A DNA stretch of 64,000 bases from Piromyces finnis finn (lineage: Eukaryota; Fungi; Neocallimastigomycota). The stretch spans positions 248,001 through 312,000 of the forward strand of contig MCFH01000010.1 of NCBI GenBank assembly GCA_002104945.1, in the 5' to 3' direction. Below, piece by piece: positions 1-15,508 of this stretch (position 1 is its first letter; each line of letters starts with the position of its first letter). Made by a program: the position numbers and the translations under genes. The notes under the pieces are model-generated. The model searched no databases, was not told the DNA's origin, and saw only the letters and a list, made by a program, of their open reading frames with translations.

Positions 1-1450
1 TCACGTATACATTTAACATATTTAGCTTCAACTTCGTTAAAAGATTTCCATTTGTTTGTAGTATACCGAATAACAACCTTTTTTTCATAATTCAAATTTT
101 GAACATTCAAAGTAACTTTTAAGCAGGTTAATTTATCATCAGTTTCTTCTGGATCATCCTTAACTAATTTAAATGATTGAATACTAACTGGTAATTCATA
201 TTGAACATGTTTTGCCTTTGATGATTTAAACTTTTGAATATGAATAACATTTCTTGGTACTGGTGACCAAGCATTTTCATATCCACGAAGTTCTGAAAAT
301 TCTTTATCTTTTAAATCGCTTTCTGGATCATCAATCTTAACTTCTACCTTTGCATCCTTAATACTCTCTGGTTTATCAGTAGTAGCGAATAAACAAATAG
401 ATTTAAAGCTATTAGTACTAAAATTAACAGATTTTTTTCTTTTTACTTTTTCCGGTGGTGAATTATTTTCATTCATTTCAGTAAGTGGAGTTAATGGTGC
501 TAATATACCTGGAAGAGATAATGCTTTTTTATGTGACTTTTCTTTTTTCTTTCTTAATATTTCTTTTTCACTCTTTGATTCTATTTTTGCTAATGATTTT
601 TCTTTTTGTAAAAACTTTTCTGTATCACTAACTTCTATATTTGTTTCATCAATTGGAATGGGTTTTTCATTCTCAATTTCAGGTTTTGCTTCAGCCTTTT
701 CCTTTTCTTCTTTATTATCACTTTTTTCTTCATTCTTTTTTATTTCTAACATTTGTTTTTTTTCTTCATCTGTTCTTTCTTCACTCTTTTTTATTTCTAA
801 TACTTCTTTCTTTTCATCAATTTTTTCATCACTCTTTTTCACTTCTAATACTTGTTCTTCTATTTTTTTATCAATTTTACTATTTTGTTCTTTTTGTTTG
901 TTTTCAACCTTTTCTATGGTATCAGTATTAATATTAGATTTCTTAGGGTTCATTTTTTTAGAATTACCCAATTGCTTTTTCTTTTGAAGACCAAAAGTAA
1001 TTTCTGATAACTTACTTTCATTATTAGATTTAGTAGGCTTTATTTTCTTAATTAATAATTGATTATTTTTAGAAAGGTTTGATTTAGCATAAGTAGAAGG
1101 AATATTATTAGTCTTTGATGGAGAGTATATAACTGTAGAGTGTTTAGTAAATAAATATGAAGATGAAGGCGAACTGTTATGTAATATTACTTTTTCTTGA
1201 CAGTTTTCAATAAGAGAAGAAATAGTTTTATTAAGTGATTCTTTTAAACTTTGATGTGACAAACTACCATTAGCAGTTGCTGATGATGGAGAAATAAGAC
1301 TTGGTGAAGGAGAATTTGTGCTTCCTAATCTTATTTTTGCATTACAACGATATTTTGAATTTGGAATAGAAACAGCATTAGTATTTGAAGGAAATCGTGG
1401 TGAAGATGCTACTGCACCTGTTGGTTCATGATCTAGTATAAAATAATTTC

Positions 1451-1482
<32 letters not shown>

Positions 1483-1586
1483 GATTGTTTTTGTTCCATA
1501 TTATTTCCCTTAATAACTGAGTCACTTTTATTATTTAATAAAAGTGATTCTAAACTATTGGATAATTCGTTAGTAATAACTGACAT
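1..1586 (-). CDS. Protein phosphatase 1 glycogen-targeting regulatory subunit (Gac1/PPP1R3 family, RVxF plus CBM21); 3' end runs off the window
   Basis: ATG at 1586 (MSVITNELSNSLES...) is in the same frame as the C-terminal motifs, and spot checks found that frame open. PP1-docking motif KRKKSVNF followed by SICLF at about 395-445. CBM21 signature LNVQNLNYEKKVVIRYTTNKWKSFNEVEAKY at 15-120. Missing from the ORF track because its stop lies outside the window. Confidence 0.85.
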
Positions 1587-4500
1587 TGCTTCCTTTTATT
1601 ATTTAATTTAAAAAATATATATAATTCACTATTTTTATTTATATATATCTTTCAATTTTGAAATAATAAATATTATTAACAATTTTTTTGTTAATATATA
1701 TTTGAATTGTATAAAATTTAGTTATGCTTTTTTTCTGTTATTTCAAAGAAAATTTTTTTTTTTATTTTATTTTTTTGGGTTTGATTTTAAACTAAAAAAG
1801 AAATTTCTAAGCTCTAAATATTTTTAAACTAGGGTATTAAAGGTAGGGTTATTTATTTTATTATTTATCAGATAATAACATATAAAAAAAATAATATATA
1901 TAATAATAGAAAGTTAGTTTTAAAGATTAAATTTTATTTAATAATATATTAAATCTAAAATAATATCTAATTAAAGCAAATTTTCAAGTGATTTCTTTTC
2001 TAATTAATTATTGAAATATATTTAATTAATTTTTCAAAGGATTATAATAAGTAAAATTTATTCTCTATCTATATATATTGTCTATATTTTAAAATTATTT
2101 TTAAATAGATTTTAATGAGGTATTATATGGTGACGATAGTTTTGTGAGTATTCATGATTATCTGTTTCTGTTATATGTTATTGTTATTAATTCATGATTA
2201 TCTATTTCTGTTATATAATTATTATTAATTGATTAAATCATATCTTTTAAGGTTATCTTATTTTTCTAACTACAATGAAAAATCAAGGTATATATTTATA
2301 TTTTAATTATTATATTATTGTATTAACAATAATGATTATTAGAGTAAATATAAAAATTGGGAAAATTTACTTTATGATTTAACAATCTTAATTATTAAAA
2401 GTAAAACGTATTAAAATTAATTAACTAAATATAAAAAAAAAAAGTATATAAATAGTAATGAAACAATAGTAATAATAAATAATTAAAAATACTAAAATTT
2501 TAAGAAATTGCGATTTTTAACAACTAAATAAAAAATAATTTTTAAAAAAAATTAAAAAAAAAATTTAATATTATTGACAATGTAATTAATTAATGAAAGA
2601 ATTGTTGATAAACTATAATAAATAATAAATTGACTCGATAATCCTCTATCATTTTTTAATGTTTTAATATACTACGCTATTCCTTACTTTTTATATTTTT
2701 ATTATTTAATATAATTTTATTACATAATATATTATAATATGTTATTGTTATATAAATTTTTAATATTTTATAAAATTTTAGTATAATCATTCAAATTGTG
2801 AAACTCTTTCAAAACAAGTCACGATACCCCATCATTATAAATTTAAGGTATGATTAATATATGTAATATAATTTCATATATGTAATATTTTAAATACTTT
2901 AATATTATTGGTTAAAACTTATCCCAATATTTTTTAATTTTCAATACATTATTGTAATGTAATGTAAACGTTTCTTGTTTTTAGTTTTTTTTATCATACA
3001 ATACTATTGATATTGAACAATGTGATTCTCATTTTCTTATCAATCCTCTTTTTATTTATCTAATTCTATTTTATAATTTTATATATGATAAACAATTATA
3101 AAAATTATGATTCCAATAATATCACAAAAAAAACTAAAATCTTATATTAATTATATAGCTATATAATCTAAATATTCTAATTAAAAGATTTGTTGAATAG
3201 ACTCTTGTAAAATTATAATTATTATAAATACTATTAAAATATTAATACTAAAAGATTTTTCTATTATTCTACATAAAAAGGTATTACTTTTTTGTTGCTG
3301 TTGGATATTTCTGAATTCACTTTTACAAAAAAAATTGTACTAATAAAAAAATTTTAATGAAAAGCATTCTTACCTTTGTCTTTCCTATTAAGAATATTGT
3401 ATTTTTAAATGATAATTAAAAATAATAAAAAACTATATTTTTCTCTAATTATTTTTTATGAGTAATTGTTGAGTAATTTCTATATTAATTTTTTTATATA
3501 TAATAAAGTTTGTATAAAAAATTTTTTATTGAATTTTTCCTTTTATTAATTAAAATTTATCTTTATTTGTTAAGGACAAAACTTTATGATTTTCAAAAAC
3601 TATTAATATATTTCTTTTATTATATAACGATTAGAAATATATTAATGCTGATATTATAAAAATTCTATTAATTTGACTTAAATATATAAGAATATTTAAA
3701 TTTTACTATTATTTTAATAATCTATTCTATAGAATTTGTATGCTTCTATTTTTTTTTTTGATAATGTATTGATATATCTATTTTTGTTATTTAATTTTTT
3801 TAACATAAATTTCTTTAATGGTTATTTCAATTATTATATTTCCTTTAAAAAAATTTATTACTTATGATTATTATTTGTTTAGGTAGCTTTGTTTCTTTTT
3901 TTTTTAATTAATTTAATTGAATTGTTTTTTTTTTTTTTACTTATTTTTAATGAATATTATTTTTGTTTAATTTTTTATAATTTATGCTTATTATTTCAAT
4001 TGTTTTATTTTTATTTTACTTTTATAATTTCTTTTTACTTATTTTTTAATATACTTTTTATTTCTTTCTTTTTTTGTAATTAATATATATATTTTTTTGA
4101 CAATTTATAATTTATATATATGTTGTATTGTATGTATTATATCTTAAATATAATTTACTAAATAATTATACAATAATCAATACCTAATTTATTTTTTTTT
4201 ATAAATTAGTTGTGTGTTTTTTTTATACAACTAAATTATATATTAATTATATAATATATAAATTTTCAACAATATGAGTAAAGAAAGCAAAAAAAAAATT
4301 GCTAAAAAAAATAAAAAAAGCTTGTCTTTTTATATTAATTTTTATTATAGATTGTTTTTTTTTTTTTTTATTAATATTATTCTTGGTTAGGTTGCTTAAT
4401 TGTATAAAATAAAAAAATAATAAATAAAGTTTATAACTTTTAATATTTGGTTTATGATATTTTCCCTCTATTATTATTATATATTATATTATAATAATAA

Positions 4501-7500
4501 TATATATGAAATAAATTATTAATAATAGAAAAATTATATTAAAGAGGACGACATTAGCCAAAAAAAAAAAAAAAAATCGATAAATAAATAATTATTAATT
4601 TAATATATATAATAAAATTGAAAATTTAAATGTAAAAGAAATCATTATTGTAATGTAATGGAACTTTGAATATAAATTAAAAAAAAAATTAATTTCAATT
4701 TATTTTACTAGCAAATTATTATATTATTTTTTTGGCTACAATATACCATTGGTAGAATGATAGTATATGTATTAACCAATGAGTTTTGTATTAGAAAAAA
4801 AAAAAAGTATAATGAATTTATAATAGAAATATTGAATGAAAAAGAAAAAAGTTATATTAGAATAAATAGAAAAAATAATAAATAATAATGATTATATATG
4901 AAAAAAAAATTATATTATTTATATTTTTCATATTATTTATTGTATATTACTTTTTTTATAATTAATAGAATCAAATATTGAAAATAATTTACATCATTTT
5001 ATTATTCATTATCAATAACAATAATAGTGATAATTAATGTCAGTTACTATTTATTTTTTAAAAATTAGTTATCGCTTATCCTTTAACTATATATCTTAAT
5101 TTAAATTTTAAATTATCATTTTAGGACGAATAAACTGAAACATACACTAATTTTATACTACTTTTTATTTTTCAATATTAATGAACCATAATTCAATGAT
5201 ACTATTTTCATTTTAATTGGTGCCTTATAAGTAAAAAAATCCATCTGACAATTTGAATGGATGGAATTTTTTAATAAGAAAGTTATGGTTAAGTATTCAA
5301 CTTTCTGTATAAATTTAAAGAATTATTTTAAATCGATAAATTTAATTTTTATTTTATATTGTGTAACATCATTAATATTATTCCTAATTTAATATTATAT
5401 AATAAAAAATATTAATAATAATTATATTAATTGAATTTTAATGAGTTAATATTGGAGGTGTAACAAAAATTAATAATTTTAATAATTATAAATTTATATT
5501 TTTTTTTGTCACATCAATAAAATTATTTAATTAAAAAAAATTATATATATTATAATATATGGATAATAAAAATATTATATAGGATAAAAAAAATAATATA
5601 TGAATTATAATATTATTGATAAGGCATCGAATTTATTTCAAATTTATTGAAATTCTTTAAGCATCTTTCAAATAAAAAGAAATATATAAAAAAAAATTAA
5701 TTTTTATATTATATAAATGGATTAATATATAAAACAGTATTATCTAAATAAATAAAAAACTGTATAATATATTACCATGATTATATCAAAAAAAAAAAGT
5801 TTTATAAAATGAAAATTACTAATAAAAAAAAAAGAAAGTATTAGATATATACAAGAAAAATAATGTTAATGTTTTTATTGTAAAAGATTATCTTTTTATT
5901 ACTACTATAAATATCGAAAAAAGAAAAATCATTAATACAAAAAGAAAAAATTGAAAAAAAGTTTGTAAATCATTAATTATTACTTCTTTAAATCAATGTT
6001 ATAATACAATAACAAAATTATAATTCTATAAATCTAATAGTATTGGATAATATATAAATAATAAGCTTTTAAATAAAAATATTTTTAATAAATATTTCTG
6101 TATTTTCATAAATACTTTTATTACATAGATTATAATATATTACTATGATAATAGAGATAATTATAGCTATCATTGATTGTTGCTACTATTAGTATATGTT
6201 ACAATTAGATGGTATAATCATTAGTAGTGGTACTACTACTAAAAGATTATAAAAGAAATTTATTAACAATACTAAATAAATAGTAGTAACAATAAGAAAT
6301 AAGAATTACATTTTAATATACAATTATTTTTTGTAATGTATTAATATAGACATTATTACGAATATTTAAAAATACAGAAATAAAAAAAAATCTGTTTAAT
6401 TTATTATTATTTATCCCAAATAAATTATTTATTTTCATAAGATTTACTCCTTAAAACTTGTTTTTAATTTTTTATATAATGTTATTTCTAATATATTAAC
6501 TATAATAGTATTAGGATGATGATAAAATATATATATTATTTTTAGATTTTATATAGTAAAGGGATTGTTTTTTTTTTCTATGAATTTATAAATCTAATTT
6601 ACTTTTTCTAGTTTTATTATAACAAAAAATTTGTTCTAAAATTCGCCGCTTATTAAACATTAAAAAAAAATTATATTAAATAACATTATATTACAATTTT
6701 CTACAGTTAAAAACATAAATTGTATAAATTATTTTTATATTAAATAATAAAGTTTAAATTATACCTTTATTTTATTGGATCCCAATCAATTTTTTTATTA
6801 AAAATTTAATTAGATTAATTTTAGATCATTTTTGTTTTATTTTTATAATTATTTTACAGAAAAAAAAAAAGACTAGCAATAATATAATAAAAGCTCTCTT
6901 TTATATATATAGTTTACTCTATAGTTTAATATAAATAATTAAAATATATATTTAATTAGAACTTTTTTATTATATATTCATAATTACAATTAAAATTGCT
7001 TTGTCTTTTTATTATTATTACCATTGCATCTTTCTATATATGAAAGAGAACATTCATTGTCTTTTAGAATATATTTTTATTACAAAATAACCCAAATAAA
7101 AAATTAGCAATAATAAGTTAATATTTTATATATTTATTTAATAAATTTCATTTAAATTTAATAAATAATTTCAAAAAAAGAAAACTTTAAAAACTTAAAG
7201 ATTTTAAAAAAATATTTGTATTAATTAACCAACAATAAATAATAATAGTATAATTTGTATACAATAAAAAAATTACATATTAACAATAATATATTATATT
7301 TATATATTGAATTATTAAAATAGCGGATAAAAAAATGACACAGAAAAAAATAGGAATAAAATTTACCAGAAAAAAAATTAAAAATTAAATTTTAATAGTG
7401 GGGAAAATAAATTAAAAAATTGCCATTTTATTGTTTCTGTATATTATAACAGATTAGAATAGAACATAGAAAGAACATAGAACAATGGTAGCCGCATTCA

Positions 7501-7851
7501 TTAGAATATTACAACTATTATTTAAAGATTTATTTATTATTAATACCTATGTAAATAATTTATAATGATAAAAAAAAACCTATAACCTAGGAAATATTGG
7601 TAATATTTATCAAATTTATTAAAAACATAGTAAAATAAATATAAATTATTAAAATCTTTTACTTTTAAAAAAATATTATAAAGATTATTTATCATTAGTA
7701 GATTTGTAATTTTATTATATAGTCAAAAAAACAATTAAACATCATACATATGATATTTTATAACAATATATAAAAAAATAAATAATCTAATTAATATAAA
7801 TAATTAAAAAATAAATAAAAGTAATTTTAGATGATTATAATAAATTATATT

Positions 7852-8145
<294 letters not shown>

Positions 8146-9194
8146 ATACAATATTATTTATTTATTAATTCTTTATTATTTACTAAATTATAAATAACTA
8201 ATTTCCCAATGTTAATTTATTTTGTTATTATTATACTATTGCTGTTTATTTTTTATAGTAATATATTATAGTGGATTAGCGTAATAAAAATTAAATTATT
8301 TTAAATAGCATATTCTAATCCTTAAGATTTAATAATAATTTTTAATCTTAAAAAAATTTGATATAAAATTATTATAATACAATTATTATGTTAACAACCT
8401 TATTATGAGTAACTATTTATTTATAAAATACTTTTTGTATATGTATAAAATACATTAAAGTTTCCATAGAAATATAAATATATAAATATTAAAATTATAA
8501 TATAAATAATATTAATAATATATCCTTAACTTTTTTGTTGTTTAATACATCAGATCATTTTTTATTTGTAATCTTATCAAAAATCAATTATAGATATTCT
8601 TTATTTCAATCGTGAATATCTTCAATATTTACACTATGCTATTTTGGAGGCAATGAGCCAAAATAATAATTATTATAATTATTTATCGTTATTTCCTTTT
8701 TCTTTTATTATTAGTTGTTGTTGTTATTATAATTGTCTTTTTTTTTTTTTAACAATAAATTTATTATCTAATATTTTATCATTTATTTTTTGATTGATAA
8801 ATAAAACTGTCTATTTTGATAATATTGAAAAGATTTATTTATTTCCATAAAAGGATATTATTAATTTAAAAGACACAAAACCACTGTATTTTATCAAATT
8901 AAAAAGTCTTGCTGCTATAAAAATAATTTATTATGACAACTTGAATTATGGAAAAATAATAATAAAAAAATAACAAAAAAAAAAAGGAAAAAAAAAAAAA
9001 AAGCTGAAAAATTTTTATTTATTGGTATATTTATTAATTTATTTTATGATAATATATTATTGATATAAAAATAAAAAATGGATACTTTTCCAAAAGAAAT
9101 AAAAAAAAAAAAAAAAAGAAACCTATTTTTTAATGTAATGATTTTTTAAATTTAAATTTTAAAAATAAATAAATAATATAAATAATTCTATAAA

Positions 9195-9226
<32 letters not shown>

Positions 9227-10422
9227 TTAAAGATCTTTTATATAGACAGTCGTACGGACAGCATTGGAATAACCTTCATTATAGCTAAACCAAATTTCAT
9301 GTGAAGATTCAGTTTTTAAACTAGATTTATTAGTTGAATTTTCAGTAGTCTTTGCTTTGAAAAATTCTTTCATATCCTATATGAAAAAAAAAAAAAAAAA
9401 AAAAAAATTAGAAATTATTAAAGTAAATATGATAATTTAATTAATTATATTTATTATATCAATACTATATCGTATTAATACTTACTATGGCATTTGTTAT
9501 TTTCTTTTCATCACCATCAATTGGCTTGCTAACCTTATTAATTACACCTTCTGTTGTTGCCTTTTTTAATTCACTTTTATAATATAAAAAAATTTATTAA
9601 TTATTTAATTAAACTATATATATCATTTATTATAATTCATTTATTTAGTCTAATTACCTAATTCTTTTGCGATCATTTTCTTTAACCTTTTCTAAATCTT
9701 CTTTACTTATTTGGAAACTATCTTTAGTCTTGGCATCTACTGCCATCTTATCTTCATTTTTCTTATTTTTATTGCTATTAGGGTCTATTGACATATTCTG
9801 TAATTCTTGAGTAGTACTTTTAATTAATGAATTTTCAATTCTTCTCATTTTTTCCATTTCAACCTAATATAGAGTAATATTTAAATAATTTGTTGTTAGT
9901 CATTTCTTTATATATATCGTGTTGTTGGCTATTATTCAATAGTGTTTTTAATAATTTACCTCTTGTGCAACAATTTGTTGCATTTGATAGTTGACATAAT
10001 CGAAACCAAATTTATCTTTATTCTTAACAAAAAGACTGAGGTTACTTTGGGGTTGATCTTGATCTTTGGCGTAGGCATCTGCAGCAAAATCAATTAAATG
10101 ACCAATAGGTCTGTCATTTTCATTTAATCAACAGATAATTATATATATTTAAAAAAAAATTTAAAATAATGGAATAATAATAAAAGAAAATACAAATATA
10201 TCTAAACCACTTTAAAAACAATTTAATTTATTTTCTACACTTACGGTTCTAAACGATATATATAATTAGTTGAATCTGGAACCCTTTCTTGAACACATGT
10301 CATTCCAAAGGATACTAATATTCCAACTAAGTTGTCTAATTTTTTACGATCATCTGGTTTCAAAAGTAATACATTAGACTAAATATATATTTAAAAAAAA
10401 ACAATGACAAACAATTACTTTT

Positions 10423-10487
<65 letters not shown>

Positions 10488-11342
10488 CTTTTAAAATAGA
10501 GTAATTTATTACTGTTTTTATATTAGGTTCCGTAATTCTTAATAAATAACTCACGAGTCCTGAAACTACTTCATTATAATTCCATCCATTATATTGAAGT
10601 TGTGAGTTAATACCAGAAATAAATTGATTCAAAATATTTAAATTATTGGATAATGCTACAAAGGATTCATAATCGTGACGAGGGTATTCAAGAATTGGTT
10701 GAGGCTTACGATAGCGATTTATTGTATTAAAGTTTTGTCCAGAATTTTGTTGATAAGGTGCCAATGGAAATGCTGAACGTAAAGTGGTAGAAGAAAAGTA
10801 ACGATAGAAACTGATAATTGGATAAATTGCATAATCCGATAGTTCAAATTGAGCAAATTTGGTAATATGAAGATTAATATAATCATAGAATTCAAGCCAT
10901 TCACTAACTAAGACATATTTTGATTTTGATGGATCACTTGAAAAATTAACTGTTTTTAATTTAATATAGTTTTCAAAGCATCCTATAATAATTTTTTCAT
11001 ATTCACCACTAGAATTAATTAATGCTGTTAATCTTGATATATAACGATTGGATAATGCATCTATTATTATTAATGCGAATTATATATTTTATTTAATAAT
11101 TTGATAATTTTATTTAATAAAACATATTATTTCAAATTAAAATAAAAATACAAACTTTGATTTTCTTCTTTTAAGTTTTGTCCAAGAGTATAACTACGTT
11201 TATCTCTAGCATTTGGTATGGTGAATACATTTTCCCAAATATTAAATAAACTTTTATTTAAATCCTTATGCCCAATACTCACACTAGATAATGTTTCTAA
11301 TGTTAATTTTTCATGTTTACTATTAATGAACTAGAGATAAGA

Positions 11343-11390
<48 letters not shown>

Positions 11391-12592
11391 TAATACAAAT
11401 AGCATTTCTTAATAATTTTATATTAAGCAAAATCAATTAAATATATAAACAAAACAAACCTGCAACGTATTAATACAATTTCTAATATCGCACTCAGTTA
11501 TTTCACAAAGTGCTAAAAGAGAACGAATATCTGCTTGGAAATTACAATTATCACAAATTTCTTTTAATCTTTTGGCTAATTGTTTAGGCTGTGGTGGTTT
11601 GAATGAATAAATTTGAGCAATAGTACGTAAAGGTTTTAATACTGGTGTGTATCTACCCGAAAAAATATATATATATATATAATAAAATTTTTTAATGATA
11701 TTTCAAAGAAAAAAATAAATAATAAAACAATATCATACATTCTCATATAGAAAATATAGCAAGTAATTTTTTACGAAAAATAAAAATAATACTTACTGGT
11801 CATTACAAATACATATAATTGGTCTCATGAGTGGTTTTAATTGCTTTCCTCTTTTTCCTAAAAAAAATATGTATATTTATATTATTATATTGAATAAAAT
11901 TTTAACAATGTTCATTTTTTATTTATACATACTTTTTTTATCTGTTGACTGTGATGATTCTGCTGTTACAATATTAACTAAGAGCTTAATAAAGTTCTTA
12001 TTTATTTTATAAAAATATAAATATTATATATAAATTACAAATGAATAGTAGTAAATTTATTAATAAATAAATTTAATATTAATAATTGATTAATTAATAT
12101 GTTAAAAAAATTTTTAATAAATCCATACCTGGTCTCCTGATCCTTTACCACTAACACCATCAATTTCATCAATGATTACTAAGTTTGGTTTACCATTAGT
12201 AATATTTTGCATTTCTAATGCTGATAGAAGTTTGTTTTTTACAGAATTACCTGTTCGATCATCACTAAAATTAAAAAGAAAAAAAAAATAATTTAGAAAT
12301 AATTTAAAAATAGTATTATTTAAAAATTACTAAATAGTGTATTAAACAATATTTCTTATTTAAAATACCTTGCATTAATTTCTACTACATTATAACCACA
12401 ATGTTTTGCTATAACATGTGCTAAAGTGGTTTTACCTAAACCTGGTGGTCCAGCTAAAAGCATAATCTATAGAGGAAAAATATAATAATTAATAATAATA
12501 ATAATAATAGTATTTATCCGTTTATTTATTCTAGATATCTAATAATAATCTATTAATAATACCTTTTTAAATGGTCTCTTATATTTATCATT

Positions 12593-12635
<43 letters not shown>

Positions 12636-14750
12636 AAACAATATATATATATATTAATGTTAATTTTTATTTATTTATTTTTTTTTAAACAACAACAACA
12701 ACAACAACAATAATAAAATAGTAGATTATTATATTTACATTAACATCAATATTTCTGATAGCATTTAAAGTACTTTGAGCCTTTAAATAATCCTTTTTTT
12801 GGAAAACACAGTAATCCCATTCTTTGACCCATGATAATACCTCTCGATTAACTCTCTAATAATTGATAATATATTTTAATATCTTTAATGTACAAATGAT
12901 AATATACAAAAAAAAAAAAAAATTATTCCTTTGAAGACTTAAATGTTTACCTCATCACCTAATAAATCCGTATATCTTTTAGGAGTGTAAGCATTAACCC
13001 AGAGATCCTTTTCATGTTCCTTCTTGTTTTCCTCACCTTCTTTTCCTTTTCCCTTTTTCTTATTTTTATCATCTTCCCATATTTCCATATATTCTTCTTG
13101 ATTTTCATTATTATTATAAAGCTGAATGATTTCTTTTGCTTCTTGAATCTCTTTTCTTTCTTTCTTTTCTTTTTCAACCTCTTCTAATAAATGATATATT
13201 GATACATCCAAAAGTTGACCATTCATATTTTTAACTGTTAATTCCTTGTTTTGTCGATGAATTTCATTTACCGTTGGTATAGGTTTAAATGGTATATAAA
13301 GAGGTAAATTATCGTAGGAATAACCTGTTAAATAAACTGTACCAGCTTCAGGTCTTTCAGTGAAATTTCTACCAGATGATGTAGTTATTTTCTTTGTTGG
13401 ATTATTTAAAGTTAAACCAGCTGAAGAATCTGAAGTTGTACCAAAATTTAAATCAATATTCATATCAGATGTGGTATGTACTGCATGTTGTTGTGGATGG
13501 CTGGTAGTTTTGGTTTGATGATCATTATCAATAAATTCCTTCCATTCTAATATAGAATTATTCATATTTATTTTTTCAGAAGATTGTTGCCATTCTAACG
13601 GCTCTTCTGATTCATCTGTTAAACTAAAACCTATTCCTGTATCCCAAGGCATAGACTTTTTATTTTTATGTTCCCAATCTAAGGTATTTTGTGTGTATGA
13701 TGCTGATGATGGAATATAATTATTTAATGCATTTAATGGATTGTTCATATTGTCTTTATTTCTTTCATTATTAAGAGGAGAAAAATCTAATTCGTCTTCA
13801 TCCTCAAAATCCAATGCTGGTCTTTTACCTTTTTGCTTCATTGAACTATTTAAAGTGTCAGATTGGTTTTGAATTAACTTATTATTCATATCTTTATTAT
13901 TTAATTCTTGTTGTGTTTTTAATGGTGCCGGTATTGAAGCTGGTAATGTTTGATTTTGTTGAACTAAATTATCTTCATACATAGACTGTAAATATTCATT
14001 TTCTTCTTCCTGTAATATATCTTTTAACATTTCCTCTTCATCTTCTAATAATTCGTCTTCATTTATATCTGGTGGAGGTTCTAATTGACTTTCAAACATA
14101 TTCTTGTAAGATCTAAAATATTCTTCTTCTTCATCAATTGAATTATTCTTTTCATTTTTATTTAAGCTTGTACCAAAATTTATATTATTATTACTGCTAT
14201 CATTATTATTATCTTTCTCATTTGTGTCTGAATCATCTTCATCCTCGAATCTAATAGGTGGAAAACTTGAGTTTTCAAATATTACATCTTTAAGGTCGTC
14301 ATTACTATTTAATATGCTATTATTATTGAAATCACTCAATGAATTATTATTTGAATTTAAAAAATTACTATCTAATCCATTTCCTATTTTGGGAATAAAA
14401 TATCATTTAAATTAAATAAAAAACGTGTTAAATATATATTAAAACATCTATATGACATTAATTGTATTAATCTCAAGGAATTAATTAAATGGATAAAATA
14501 TTGATTTATGAATTTATAATTTATTATTTTTAATTCAAGAATGTATTGAAATGCAGATTCAATTTAATTGATTATCAGAAATCTGAATTATAATTAAAAA
14601 AGTACTTATTAATTATAACAATAATAACAATAAATTATTTAAATACCTACCTAAACTTGTATCATTTTGTAAAGGCGCTATTGGAATTAAATTAATGTTA
14701 TTATTTAAATTAGTATTTTGAATTGGATTTTTTTCTGCTTCAGGATTCAT
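9227..14750 (-). CDS. CTF18: Chromosome transmission fidelity protein 18 (alternative RFC clamp-loader AAA+ subunit), multi-exon
   Basis: Exon 1 (14750-14651) splices in phase to exon 2 (from 14383), which contains ORF 12939-14339 with [19 protein letters not shown]. Walker [32 protein letters not shown] at about 12370-12465; Walker [10 protein letters not shown]; RPIICICND; C-terminal Ctf18 motif [22 protein letters not shown] then TAA at 9227-9229. Confidence 0.95.
10425..10480. repeat. 56-nt poly(T) tract, reading poly(A) on the CTF18 sense strand, inside a CTF18 intron
   Basis: Seen directly; explains the false poly-K tail of ORF 10360-10764. Confidence 0.95.
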
Positions 14751-15508
14751 AATTAAATAACAATTTATTGAATATTGTTAAATATAATTTTTAATTAAAT
14801 GAATTTTACTGATTAATAGTTTTTTTTTTTTTTAATAATCTATAATAAATTAATGTTAATAGCAATGTTTTATATATACATATAAATATTTGTTATATTT
14901 TTTAAATTTGAATTTGAAATTGAATTTCATTTAATTTTATAACTTAATAATATTTTTTTTATTTCACAAAGAAATTATACAAAAAACCAAGTTAAACCTA
15001 ATCCTATTGTTAAAATAATTTAAATGAAAAAAAAAAATTAAATTATATTAATATGAAAAATACATAATATAAAATACAATATAATTTATAATTAATAAAT
15101 ATTTTCAAATAATTAATATTATATATATTTTCATATCAGACTTATAGAAAGATATAAATATTTTGTATTAAATTAATGAATAATTCATTTTTTATGTTCT
15201 TTTATATTATTGTCAAAAACTCTTATTCATATATCACTTAAAATTCATTCACATTTTTAAAGGTTAATGATACATTGTTAGTGGATTTTGAAAATCTATT
15301 TTACATAATCAATATAAATAAATTAAATAATATATTTCAACAATTGATTATTTATATATGTCATTTAATATATATTTTAACTTTCTAATTAAAGTTTATT
15401 TATAATATAAATGATTTATTCATTCATTAAATATTTAATTTTTTGTTAATAAAAAATAAAATAAAATAATATAAAAAAAAGCAAAGTTAAAAATAAATTG
15501 AGAAAAAA

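Noticed and set aside
1-200. CBM21 as part of a secreted or horizontally acquired starch-degrading CAZyme
   Set aside because: No signal peptide, catalytic GH domain or dockerin is visible, and the RVxF motif plus CBM21 layout is that of PP1 glycogen-targeting subunits.
641-987. Plus-strand F/L/S-rich ORFs 641-931 and 658-987
   Set aside because: Antisense shadows of the K/E-rich region of the PP1-subunit gene.
3889-4083. 64-aa F-rich ORF that looks like a membrane peptide
   Set aside because: Translation of T-rich intergenic sequence with a TTG start and no family motif.
5238-5268. Short inverted repeat (ccatc...gatgg) as a possible ncRNA hairpin
   Set aside because: The stem is too short to exceed chance, and no C/D or H/ACA box arrangement supports it.
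10360-10520. Poly-Lys tail of ORF 10360-10764 as a frameshift or poly(A) retrocopy
   Set aside because: Read-through into a normal GT-AG intron of CTF18 that contains an A56 tract; the next exon resumes in frame.
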